The notes beneath the pieces were generated by a model that made no database searches, was not told the origin of the DNA, and was given only the letters and a program-made list of their open reading frames with translations. This document shows positions 1-8,434 of a DNA stretch of 64,000 nucleotides, one piece after another. The stretch is from Pseudomonadota bacterium (GTDB lineage: Bacteria > Myxococcota_A > UBA9160 > JADFDR01): NCBI GenBank assembly GCA_003353845.1, contig PIVT01000010.1:4042-68041 (forward strand), read 5' to 3'. The first letter of the stretch is position 1. The number at the start of each line of letters is the position of its first letter. Made by a program: the position numbers and the translations under genes.

Positions 1-393
1 ATGAATTGCCACGGTGGTGGGTATAACAGAGTCATGGTCGATGGAAAAGGCGGTACGCACAACCTGATCGACAACCTGCAGTGGGGCGGGATTCACGGTA
101 TCCCGTATCTTGAGAATGACAGCAATCCCAATACCGTGGACTGGGTCGCCGGCCAGATGGATTTCACTTCTAGGGGTTTCGCACTCACGCCTCCCGATGT
201 GTTTATCTACGGAAGTGGGATAGGGGGTGTAAGCAACTGGAATCCTGATGGGAATCCTAGCTGTGGGGATTTTGGAGAAGCAAGCCAGATGAATAACTGC
301 GTCCATCACATGGGTAAGGATGGTCCCGGCGGGAATTACGATCGCCCGGCAGCCAACACGAGGAGCTATCGCGGCATACAATCGCGACCGTAA
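1..393 (+). CDS. 3' end of a hypothetical protein (ORF open to the left window edge)
   Basis: The frame is open from base 1 to the stop at 391-393. The product is Gly/Asn/Asp/Pro-rich with no motif I recognise. The ATG at base 1 is probably internal. Confidence 0.3.
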   Translation: MNCHGGGYNRVMVDGKGGTHNLIDNLQWGGIHGIPYLENDSNPNTVDWVAGQMDFTSRGFALTPPDVFIYGSGIGGVSNWNPDGNPSCGDFGEASQMNNCVHHMGKDGPGGNYDRPAANTRSYRGIQSRP

Positions 394-412
394 TCATATA
401 CGTTGGCACTCC

Positions 413-2464
413 TCATCTTTTCCCGGATGACGCTGCCAGGATGGGCTTGAGTAAGTTGACGTAGTCATCCGTCCACGCTGACCAGACCGGAAGCCCGCTC
501 GCATCATCCCCCAGCACCCAGCCCATGGCGAGCAGCGGCTCCAGTGTTTCGGACTCTCGGCTGAGCACGTAGTACTTGGATCGGGCTTCCCAGGGACCCA
601 AAAATTGGTTGCGAATCCGGTAGGCGCCGTAGGCCCCCACTGCATCCCCTGCGGCGCGCAGCACAGGTCGAAGGTCCAACCTCAGGCTGCTGATGTGGAA
701 GACCAGGTAGCCCCCAGGTGCCAGCTTGCGGAAGTATAACTCCATGGCTTCGCGCGTCAGAAGATGAGTCGGAATGGAGTCCCCCGAAAATGCATCCAGG
801 AGGATTACCTGGTAGGCCCCGTCGGGTTCAGCGCTTCGGGCGAGCTGAACCCGGGCATCACCGATCTCTATTTTGATATCGGCTTCGCAGTCCTCAAGAT
901 AGCTGAAGTAGGTCTGCGCAATTTCCACCACATGGGGATCCAGCTCGTAGAAGGTGAGTTCCTCTCCTTGTGTGAAGTAAGCGGCCGCCGCTCCAGTGCC
1001 CAACCCGACGACGGCAGCGCGGCTCGGTGTTGGAAGGATGCGCATCACCTCGCCCAGCGGTGACGTCGATGCGTAATAACCCATGGGTTGTCGGCGTAAG
1101 TCCGGCGCCAGGTTCTGTGCGCCGTGCTCAATGGAGTTATGCACGAGCACTCGCTGATCTTGATTGTTAAACCATTTGACCTGATACACGCCGTAAGCAT
1201 TGCGCTGCTGATGAAGAATTCCGGAAGTCGGATTCTCGGCCGGTGCACGCTGTAACCCGCTGCGAATGGACGGCGCCACTTGAACCCCGACGAACACGAG
1301 AAAGGCCAGCGAACCCACCAGCAAGAGACGGGGTTCATTGCGCAAAAAGTTTGTGAAGGGTCGCCAACGCCAGCTCAGCAGCGTGGCCACGACGCCCCCC
1401 ACCGCTATGGGATACTCCAATACGCTATCGAAGAGCCGGGGCGCGGCGAAAGCCACGAAGGCAGCCCCCGCCCAACCGCCGAGGGCCACCACGAGGTAGA
1501 AGCCAGTGAGCTTGGCCGGAGCTGGCCTGGACTCGTAGAGCGCAGAGTGGGCGGCAAGGCTTACGACAAAAAGCACGAGGAGATGGACGAACACGCTCCA
1601 TGGCTCAGGCTGTTGATCCACAAAGAAGAGGAAGACGCCAAGGACGGAAATTTCAAACCAGAAACGACGTAGGAGGGTGGGAACCCAAGCCCGCTCGCTA
1701 AAGACGAGGATGAAGCTTAGGAGGTAGAGGGCCAGGGGGACGACCCAGATTAAGGGGACGGAACCCAGGAGCTGTGCGATGAAGGCCGTGACCGCCAGCA
1801 GCAATACCGACGGCGTGGCTGAAAGCAGAAACCAAGCGAGTATGCGACGCCAAGGGTGCGCAGCATCCTCAGTTTTTTCACTCGGCTCTATCCCGCTGGA
1901 GGGAGCCGTGGCCGTCCCTTTTTCAGGCAGGCATCGCCACAAGAGGCCGAGGTAAAGTAGGTAGCCCGCGCTCCACAGCCAGCTCTGGGTATGAAGGGTG
2001 AGTAGCGGAGCCATCAGCAAAGGGTAGGCGAGTAAGCCCAGCAGCGATCCAGCATTGGAAGCCGCATAGAGCGTGTAGGGGTTTCGTGTCTCGGGCGTGC
2101 TTTGGGTTGTTGCCCAGCACTGCGCCAGCACACTGGTCGTCGAGAGCAAGATGAACGGAAGCCCGACACCCGCTGCAAGGCCGATTAAAATTGAAAGTTC
2201 CGGTGTGGCCGGATTCAAGTTTACGGCAGCGGCCACCGGCAAGAACCCCAGTGGCGCGCAAGCGACGAGGAAGTGCCAGCGGCCCATCCGCGGGCCGAGA
2301 AAGTGGCTGTAGAGATAGCCCACCACCAAGGCACCTTGGAAGAACATGAGGGTTGTTGACCAGGTGTGCGCCCCCCCGCCCGTTGCCGGAAGGATCATCT
2401 TTCCCGCCAGCGGTTCCAAGGCAAATAGCAAAAAGCCAGCGAGGAATACGAGAAGCCGCTTCAT
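413..2464 (-). CDS. Polytopic membrane protein fused to a spermidine-synthase-like (class I SAM/dcSAM-binding) domain
   Basis: The N-terminal ~450 aa are a run of hydrophobic helices. The C-terminus has VVGLGTGAAAAY (G-loop), ILLDAFSGDSIP and PGGYLVFH, typical of the spermidine synthase fold. I moved the start to MKRLLVFLAG (2464), 7 nt after the upstream stop; the ORF track gives 2515. Confidence 0.7.
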   Translation of the reverse strand: MKRLLVFLAGFLLFALEPLAGKMILPATGGGAHTWSTTLMFFQGALVVGYLYSHFLGPRMGRWHFLVACAPLGFLPVAAAVNLNPATPELSILIGLAAGVGLPFILLSTTSVLAQCWATTQSTPETRNPYTLYAASNAGSLLGLLAYPLLMAPLLTLHTQSWLWSAGYLLYLGLLWRCLPEKGTATAPSSGIEPSEKTEDAAHPWRRILAWFLLSATPSVLLLAVTAFIAQLLGSVPLIWVVPLALYLLSFILVFSERAWVPTLLRRFWFEISVLGVFLFFVDQQPEPWSVFVHLLVLFVVSLAAHSALYESRPAPAKLTGFYLVVALGGWAGAAFVAFAAPRLFDSVLEYPIAVGGVVATLLSWRWRPFTNFLRNEPRLLLVGSLAFLVFVGVQVAPSIRSGLQRAPAENPTSGILHQQRNAYGVYQVKWFNNQDQRVLVHNSIEHGAQNLAPDLRRQPMGYYASTSPLGEVMRILPTPSRAAVVGLGTGAAAAYFTQGEELTFYELDPHVVEIAQTYFSYLEDCEADIKIEIGDARVQLARSAEPDGAYQVILLDAFSGDSIPTHLLTREAMELYFRKLAPGGYLVFHISSLRLDLRPVLRAAGDAVGAYGAYRIRNQFLGPWEARSKYYVLSRESETLEPLLAMGWVLGDDASGLPVWSAWTDDYVNLLKPILAASSGKR

Positions 2465-2471
2465 CGTCACA

Positions 2472-3326
2472 TCAAGACTCCACCGCTTCGGCTGATTCCG
2501 GTTGACCTCGAACAAGCCTGTCTGCCGCTAGCCCTCCAGCCCAACCCAGCGTCATGGCCAGCAAGCTCAATAAGAGGAGCCGAGCGCCACGTGTCTCGCT
2601 GACGTTGAACAGGCCCCAGTGGCGGAGTTCGACAACTTTAAGCTCGTTGTTTCCAAATTTTACCGCCCCATCGATAGGCAAGAACGCTTCTCCGCTTCCC
2701 ACTTCGGGATCATCGGGCACGACCCGAACATGTAACACCGGGTTTCGAGGAGCCATGGAGCGCGAGTTCGGCCCCTCTGGCCCGGCCTGAAAATCGGGAT
2801 AGAAGCGCACCCAGGCGGTCGCGGGCGGCTGTTCAATGCGAAAGCTGTCTTCGAGAGCACCGGGACCCCACACATTCAGATTGACCACCATGGTGAAGGG
2901 GTTTGTTTCCGGGTCGGGTCGTATGGCGAACATGGGGGCGAGCCCCACATCGAGTAGGCTCACACGCACCCTGTTTACGACGATATCTCTTTGGTCGGAG
3001 AGCTTAAGATCTGTTGGGTTTTCACCCAGGACGCGGAGGTGCACCGCAGTGGCGACACGTTCCCCGGTCGGCCCATAATCGGGGACAATCTTTAGTGGTG
3101 CGAAGGCGATGTGAGGCAGAAGGGGATCGTCGGAAGGTTTCTCGTTGGGAGATTCAATGGACTGCTCGGGTCGTTTGTCAAAAGGTTGTCCCTCGGCGAG
3201 GATCATTTCCAATGAAATGGTGGATCCCACGCGCAGCACGATATCTACGAGGAGCAGAAGTACTCCCAAGCCGGCAAGGGTTCGGCTTGTTCCTCTGAGA
3301 GTGAACATTAAATTGGTTTTTTCCAC
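2472..3326 (-). CDS. Hypothetical bitopic envelope protein (N- and C-terminal TM helices, periplasmic middle)
   Basis: Hydrophobic segments sit at both ends (LAGLGVLLLLVDIVL and ARLLLLSLLAMTLGWAGGL). No catalytic motif was recognised. It is tightly linked to the downstream gene. Confidence 0.4.
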   Translation of the reverse strand: MEKTNLMFTLRGTSRTLAGLGVLLLLVDIVLRVGSTISLEMILAEGQPFDKRPEQSIESPNEKPSDDPLLPHIAFAPLKIVPDYGPTGERVATAVHLRVLGENPTDLKLSDQRDIVVNRVRVSLLDVGLAPMFAIRPDPETNPFTMVVNLNVWGPGALEDSFRIEQPPATAWVRFYPDFQAGPEGPNSRSMAPRNPVLHVRVVPDDPEVGSGEAFLPIDGAVKFGNNELKVVELRHWGLFNVSETRGARLLLLSLLAMTLGWAGGLAADRLVRGQPESAEAVES

Positions 3327-3393
3327 GGTACCCCGGATGATTGGCCTTGGGAACGGAGTCTACCAAGCACCTCCGAAGGCCGCACCGCCGCCC

Positions 3394-4173
3394 TTACTTT
3401 GCGAATGGGTTGGGCGGAATGGTTGGCTCCAGCCATTTTTCGATGAACTCATCCTTGAGTCGCGACGGATGTCCCCGCCATACGATCTTGCCGTTCTTGA
3501 CCATGGCGGCAGCGGGTACAGTGTTCACCGCATACCGCTTTGACATGGCCCCTGCATTGTCTTTAGCCATGGGGAAGGTGACCTTAAGCTCCTTGCTGAT
3601 AAAGGCTTCGAGCTTTTCGTCCGTGTAGAGGCTGCTCGCTGCTGTCACGCCTATGAGATTGAGCCCCTTGCCCTGGTATTTCTGATAGCGTTCCTCAAGC
3701 TTGGTAACCTCGCTCTGGCTATAAGGATCGAAAGGCCTCCAGAAGAGGAGCACCGTGATGCGGCCATCGCTCATCTTCGCATTCCCTGCAAACCACTTCT
3801 CGGCGTTGATCTCACCGGCGTCTTGTCCGAGAAGATTGATCTCGCGCAATTCTCGCTGTGCGCCAAGGACCTCCTCAGCCATGGGGTAGGTTTCGATTAA
3901 TTTTTTGAGGTTTTTCTTCGCGTCCTCGATATCACCGGTAGCCGCAAGCGTTTGCGCCGAACTTAGCAGTCCCTGCGCTGCGCGTTTTTCGGCAGCTTTC
4001 TGTGCCTGGCTCTTGACGTTATGCTCGACGATTACAATTCGCTCTTCGAGGGCTTGAATCTTCTGATCCCGAATTGCGGCTTCTTCCTTGAGCGACTCGA
4101 TCTCGCTGTCCCCTTGGCAAGAGACGAGCACAAAAGACGCACAGAGTACGACCCAAACCAGATTACTCTTCAT
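3394..4173 (-). CDS. Lipoprotein with a coiled-coil region and a C-terminal thioredoxin-fold (TlpA/AhpC-TSA-like) domain lacking the CXXC active site
   Basis: The lipobox FVLVSC follows MKSNLVWVVLCAS (start moved to 4173). The C-terminal region ITVLLFWRPFDPYSQSEV...NLIGV...YAVNTVPAAAMV..GKIVW aligns to the TlpA/ResA pattern, but DPYS replaces CxxC. Confidence 0.55.
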   Translation of the reverse strand: MKSNLVWVVLCASFVLVSCQGDSEIESLKEEAAIRDQKIQALEERIVIVEHNVKSQAQKAAEKRAAQGLLSSAQTLAATGDIEDAKKNLKKLIETYPMAEEVLGAQRELREINLLGQDAGEINAEKWFAGNAKMSDGRITVLLFWRPFDPYSQSEVTKLEERYQKYQGKGLNLIGVTAASSLYTDEKLEAFISKELKVTFPMAKDNAGAMSKRYAVNTVPAAAMVKNGKIVWRGHPSRLKDEFIEKWLEPTIPPNPFAK

Positions 4174-4539
4174 GCAAACCCCCACTCTCAACGTTTTGAG
4201 CCTTGCCTTTTTCAGGTGCTCAGGCGTGTGTTGCATGGCAAGGGTAGCAACACCGCCAGTCTCTTGGGAATGCCCGGTTCCCCACCGGCCAAGGGCAGAT
4301 GTCCGGGTTTGTTACCAAACGGCAGTTCACCGGTGACTCCTTCAGTAGGACTCTGACTTTACTGGGTAAGTGGCACTGCTCATTTTACGAGTAAAAGTTA
4401 CTTTTTTTGCTGATTTAACCGCGGGTGCGACATTTAATCGCGTTTACGAACCGGCCGAATGCCGATAAGTTAATAGGACGTAAACCTGCGTTTTTGGGGG
4501 GCAATTCGCGTTGTCTACAGGTTGCAAAAAGGTTGTAAT

Positions 4540-5676
4540 ATGAGAGTACAGGCCCTGGTGGTCTCCATATTGCTGCTGGCCGGACTGTTCGCCAACTCGG
4601 CCCATGCGGCAGTCATTTTTTTGAATAATGGTGGGTCACTGATCACCCTCAATGACGCCACGTATTCGGCCGATGACGTATACGTTCGAGATGCCACCTG
4701 CGGCGGTGAAGTCGACTTTCCCTACAGGCCTTGCCTTTCCCCGGGTGTATCAACGAACATCAACGTCGCCACCGGTGCTGTAGTGAATAAGCTTTCCGTC
4801 TTGGATTCCTCGAGCATTAGCATGAGCGATGGAACGGTCAACGGTTTATTGGCGGCTGCTGATTTCGGCAGTATCAACATGAGTGGTGGTGTGGTGGATG
4901 AATTGCTTGTCGAGCACGACGCCACCCTTGATCTGAATGGTGGAACGGTCAACCAGGGGCTCGAGGCTTGGGACGACAGCATTATTACCATGAATGACGG
5001 TCTAGCGGATGGTCTTTTGCTCGTGAATGACTCCCGCTTCATCATGAACGCCGGAACCGTGAACTACTTGGATTCTTGGCATACCTCCATTGCCACGATC
5101 TACGGTGGTACGGTTGGCGGAGGAGGGGGTGGGGATGATCTGAACGCCTGGGACTCCTCTGTGATTAAGTTCCTCGGTGGCACTGTGACCGGTTATTTAA
5201 ATGCCGGTGATTCTTCCACAGTGACGGTTGTCGGTGGCACGGTGGACTTGGACTTCGACTCTTGGTTCGAATCCAATGCGGCCTTTACTGGCGGTACGGT
5301 GAACGGAGACCTGGATGCTTGGGAAACTTCCAATATGGTGTGGAATGGAGGGACGCTTGTCGGAGAGTTGTTCGCGGGTGACGCAGCCATCCTTACGGTA
5401 CGAGGATTTGACTTTAGGGTCGACGGGGTTCCGGTTCCCGATGACTACGAGCTTGTTGCAACCACGGGCGTGCTCACCGGTACGCTTGAATCGGGGGATC
5501 CCATTAACAATGTATTCTACCAGGGTGGGCATGACTATTATGGGGATGGTTCATGGTTTGTCACTGGAACCATCACCCTTGTTCCCGAGCCTGGCAAGGT
5601 ACTGTTGCAGGCAATCGCTTTGTTGAGCATAGGGCTTCTCTCCGGCCGCCGAAAAGCGGTCGGCCCGCTTGCCTAG
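4540..5676 (+). CDS. PEP-CTERM-anchored secreted repeat protein
   Basis: There is a signal peptide (MRVQALVVSILLLAGLFANSAHA), about 10 degenerate GGTV(N/D)-type repeats, and a C-terminal VPEPG + hydrophobic helix + GRRK sorting signal. The ATG at 4540 is preferred over the TTG at 4522. Confidence 0.75.
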   Translation: MRVQALVVSILLLAGLFANSAHAAVIFLNNGGSLITLNDATYSADDVYVRDATCGGEVDFPYRPCLSPGVSTNINVATGAVVNKLSVLDSSSISMSDGTVNGLLAAADFGSINMSGGVVDELLVEHDATLDLNGGTVNQGLEAWDDSIITMNDGLADGLLLVNDSRFIMNAGTVNYLDSWHTSIATIYGGTVGGGGGGDDLNAWDSSVIKFLGGTVTGYLNAGDSSTVTVVGGTVDLDFDSWFESNAAFTGGTVNGDLDAWETSNMVWNGGTLVGELFAGDAAILTVRGFDFRVDGVPVPDDYELVATTGVLTGTLESGDPINNVFYQGGHDYYGDGSWFVTGTITLVPEPGKVLLQAIALLSIGLLSGRRKAVGPLA

Positions 5677-5739
5677 GGTATACTTCCCTCTGACGGCCCA
5701 GCTTCCACGCTTGCCTTTCTTGGGAAATCTTTTGAGCCT

Positions 5740-7176
5740 ATGACTACGACTCCGCTCTTCGTCAAGCTTCGCGTGCTGATTCTTTTCCTCGCGTCGGGTC
5801 GCTTGGCCGTGATGCTCCTGCCCGTGGTCATCACGGTGATGGCCATCTATCTATTTATCCCGCAGGTGGGCCAGAGCGACCCTGCGTGGGTCGAGCGTTG
5901 GGTGGAGCAGAAAGGCCTCGTCGGGCAGCTCTTCCACCGGCTGTGGCTAACGAATCTCCGTCACTCCTGGCTGTTCTTTTACACTCCCTATGGGCTGCTG
6001 TTCGTAAATCTGGTCTTCTGCATGATCAAGCGCTTTCCCGTGTTAATCCGCCAAAGTCGCTTCCCAAAAGGAGTGCCACGGGTTCCCGCGACCTCGTTTA
6101 CCTTGGCGCAGGAGCCACCGGTTGTCGGGGATATCGTCCGCTTGCTCAGCCGCAAAGGCTATCGAAGCCTGGGCGGGGACAGTTGTCTCTATGGTTTGCG
6201 CGGACGGTTTTCCTTGGTGGGGAGTTGGATATTTCACGTGAGCTTCCTCATCTTGATGGTGAGTGGCTTCTTCCTCATGACCAGCCCCGAAAATTTTCGC
6301 GGCAAGCTTGCCTTGGGTGAGGGGGAGCCTTTTGATTTGCACGCCACCTCGTTTCTCAGCGCTGAAGTTCGCCCCTCCCCGGATCTGCCCCCGCTGCAAT
6401 TTTGGATTGAAACCATCGAGTTTGTCACCGATGACGTCGATTTGCATCGTTTCGAATCCACGCTGGTATCGCCGGAAGGCACGCGAGCCACGGTGGGAAT
6501 CAACCGACCTTATCGCTCACCTCCCTACCAGGTGCTGGCCGAAGGGTTTGGCTATATGCCGGGCTGGATCATCAAGGACATGCGAGGGCGGGTGGTGAGC
6601 AGTGGATGGGTGAAGCTGGTTCCATTCCCCTTGGAAGTTGAGGATCTCTTCTCCTTGGGGGTCAGAGTGGGGGGGCTGGTTCGCGTGACCTTCTATCCGG
6701 ATTATGAAGAGATCGATGGGGAAGAGCGCAATCGGAGCTACGAAGCCCTAAACCCCAAATTCAAAACCCGCATCGAGATCGATGGAATATCGGTTTTCGA
6801 GGGCTTGCTCGAACCGGGACAAGAAGTGTCCATTGATAATGGGCGACTGCATTTTTTCTTCCTGCCCGAGATTCGGAAGTACACCATCCTGGACATCATC
6901 GAAGAGGAGGATTACGGCACGCCCTTCGCCTGCTTCGGGGGCATGATTCTGGGTCTCGTATTCCGATATGCTAGAATTCGAAAGGAAATTTGGGTCCAGA
7001 TCTCTGAAAACTCAGTCCAAATTGCAGGGCGTAGCGAGATTCTCCCGGCCCTGTTTCAAGAGGAGTTGGAAGCCTTTGCCGGTGACGTCGCGAAGCTGAG
7101 TCCTCGCCTGGATAATGGGAAAAGCCTGGGAAGTGGGAAGAAAATCCAGAGTCGAAAGGAGGAAGGTGTCACATGA
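5740..7176 (+). CDS. resB: ResB/CcsB-like cytochrome c biogenesis protein (compact form, set 1)
   Basis: N-terminal TM helices with HSWLFFYTPYGLLFVNLVFCMIKRF, a large periplasmic middle, and INRPYRSPPYQVLAEGFGY plus a C-terminal TM helix match ResB architecture. Its stop overlaps the ccsA start (ATGA). Confidence 0.65.
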   Translation: MTTTPLFVKLRVLILFLASGRLAVMLLPVVITVMAIYLFIPQVGQSDPAWVERWVEQKGLVGQLFHRLWLTNLRHSWLFFYTPYGLLFVNLVFCMIKRFPVLIRQSRFPKGVPRVPATSFTLAQEPPVVGDIVRLLSRKGYRSLGGDSCLYGLRGRFSLVGSWIFHVSFLILMVSGFFLMTSPENFRGKLALGEGEPFDLHATSFLSAEVRPSPDLPPLQFWIETIEFVTDDVDLHRFESTLVSPEGTRATVGINRPYRSPPYQVLAEGFGYMPGWIIKDMRGRVVSSGWVKLVPFPLEVEDLFSLGVRVGGLVRVTFYPDYEEIDGEERNRSYEALNPKFKTRIEIDGISVFEGLLEPGQEVSIDNGRLHFFFLPEIRKYTILDIIEEEDYGTPFACFGGMILGLVFRYARIRKEIWVQISENSVQIAGRSEILPALFQEELEAFAGDVAKLSPRLDNGKSLGSGKKIQSRKEEGVT

Positions 7177-8048
7177 GCCCACTCGAATACACGACCTTTT
7201 GGATTACCGTTGGTGCTTACAGCTTGGGCGCAGCCTTGGCCTTGTGGGGGATTGTCTTCCGTCGGGATCAACCTCTCGCGGTCGCCACATTCGTGTGTGG
7301 CGCTGGATTGCTGTCCAATTGTATTGCCATCGGCGCTCGCATCGCCTTTACGGGGCATCTGCCAGTCGCCAGTCGCTACGAGAATGTCTTGTTCGGTACC
7401 GCAGTGGTCATGCTCTTTAGCGTGGCTAGCCTCGTGAAACGACCGAGCCTTCGACCCATCCTCGTGTTCACCGCTCCCTTTGCCCTCTTGATGTTGGGCT
7501 ACGCGCTCTTGAACCAGCCGCGCTACACCACCATGTCCTTGGTGCTGGACAACCTCTGGATGTTTGTCCACGTATTTTTTGCCTGGCTGAGCTATGGCGC
7601 TTATTCGCTCGCGGCCGCTGTGGGTGTTCTTTATCTACTTCGCGCGCGCAAGTCCTTGGAGGGGCTGCCAGAGGAACAGATACCGACCATTTTCGCCCGA
7701 CTGCCCTCCATGCTCGTGCTGGAAGACTTGATCTTTCGCTACATCATTTTCGGCTTCATCACCCACGTGGTGATGATTGTTTCGGGTGCCATCTGGGCGC
7801 GAGACCTGTGGGGGAAGTACTGGAATTGGGACCCCGTAGAGACTTGGAGCTTGCTCTCGGTCTTGCTCTATGGGCTCTGGATTCATCTTCGCGTGACCTT
7901 GAACTGGGGTGGGAAACGAATGGCCGGGTTGGCCGTCGCTGCCATTATTACTGTGATCTTTGCCTATTGGGGGACGAGCTTGCTCAGCAGTACCGACCAT
8001 TCCCTCGATGACCTGAAACTGCGAACTCCGATGACGGAGGTGCAATGA
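7173..8048 (+). CDS. ccsA: Cytochrome c assembly protein CcsA (System II heme lyase subunit, set 1)
   Basis: It has the WWD domain WGKYWNWDPVETWSLLSVLLYGLWIHLR with the following His, plus TGHLPVASRYENVLF. It is polytopic. Confidence 0.85.
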   Translation: MSPLEYTTFWITVGAYSLGAALALWGIVFRRDQPLAVATFVCGAGLLSNCIAIGARIAFTGHLPVASRYENVLFGTAVVMLFSVASLVKRPSLRPILVFTAPFALLMLGYALLNQPRYTTMSLVLDNLWMFVHVFFAWLSYGAYSLAAAVGVLYLLRARKSLEGLPEEQIPTIFARLPSMLVLEDLIFRYIIFGFITHVVMIVSGAIWARDLWGKYWNWDPVETWSLLSVLLYGLWIHLRVTLNWGGKRMAGLAVAAIITVIFAYWGTSLLSSTDHSLDDLKLRTPMTEVQ

Positions 8049-8434
8049 GCCCCGATGAGATCAAAGGCATTCTTGTAATGCTCAACAACTATTTCCACGA
8101 CTTGGCTACCGCGGTCTTCGCGGTGAGCGCCTTGGGTGCCTATTTCTTGCAACGCACGCTGGCCATGAAGTCCGCGCCGGAAGTGGTGCGACCCGTGGCG
8201 GAGGGCCTTCGCAAGGTGGGGATTGTTGCACTGGTCTGGACTTTGGCCGGTGGCTACTTGCGGGGCCGATTCTACCATCAGTACGAGTACATGGAAGCTG
8301 CAGGACGAGGGCAGGTGCCTGCCCTGATTGCGAAACACGTCCTATTGGTTGTCTTGGTGACCTTGGGAGCCATCGTCTTATACAAAGTGCGAAGGACAAG
8401 CTACACTGGCGAGTGTAAAGAGGTTCATTCATGA
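8045..8434 (+). CDS. Small 3-4 TM membrane protein of unknown function
   Basis: The 129-aa product has hydrophobic segments and conserved-looking His/Tyr residues (LNNYFHD, FYHQYEY). ATGA overlaps occur at both ends (8045-8048 and 8431-8434). Confidence 0.45.
   Translation: MSPDEIKGILVMLNNYFHDLATAVFAVSALGAYFLQRTLAMKSAPEVVRPVAEGLRKVGIVALVWTLAGGYLRGRFYHQYEYMEAAGRGQVPALIAKHVLLVVLVTLGAIVLYKVRRTSYTGECKEVHS

Noticed and set aside
4371-4386. A sigma54 -24-like element, TGGCAC, upstream of the PEP-CTERM gene.
   Set aside because: The -12 position reads ATTT instead of TTGC, so the essential GC dinucleotide at the correct spacing is missing. A perfect hexamer alone is expected by chance in 64 kb. 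Other TGGCAC occurrences (e.g. 23895, 32135, 63885) also lack a correctly spaced TTGC.
4397-4411. A shared T-rich 15-mer, GTTA(C/G)TTTTTTTGCT, occurs upstream of the PEP-CTERM gene and again at 36180-36194 upstream of the His-rich/CooT genes.
   Set aside because: A rough estimate shows that 14/15 matches between any two positions of a 64-kb window (both strands) are expected many times by chance. The motif is also low-complexity. There is no supporting -10/-35 or -24/-12 geometry.
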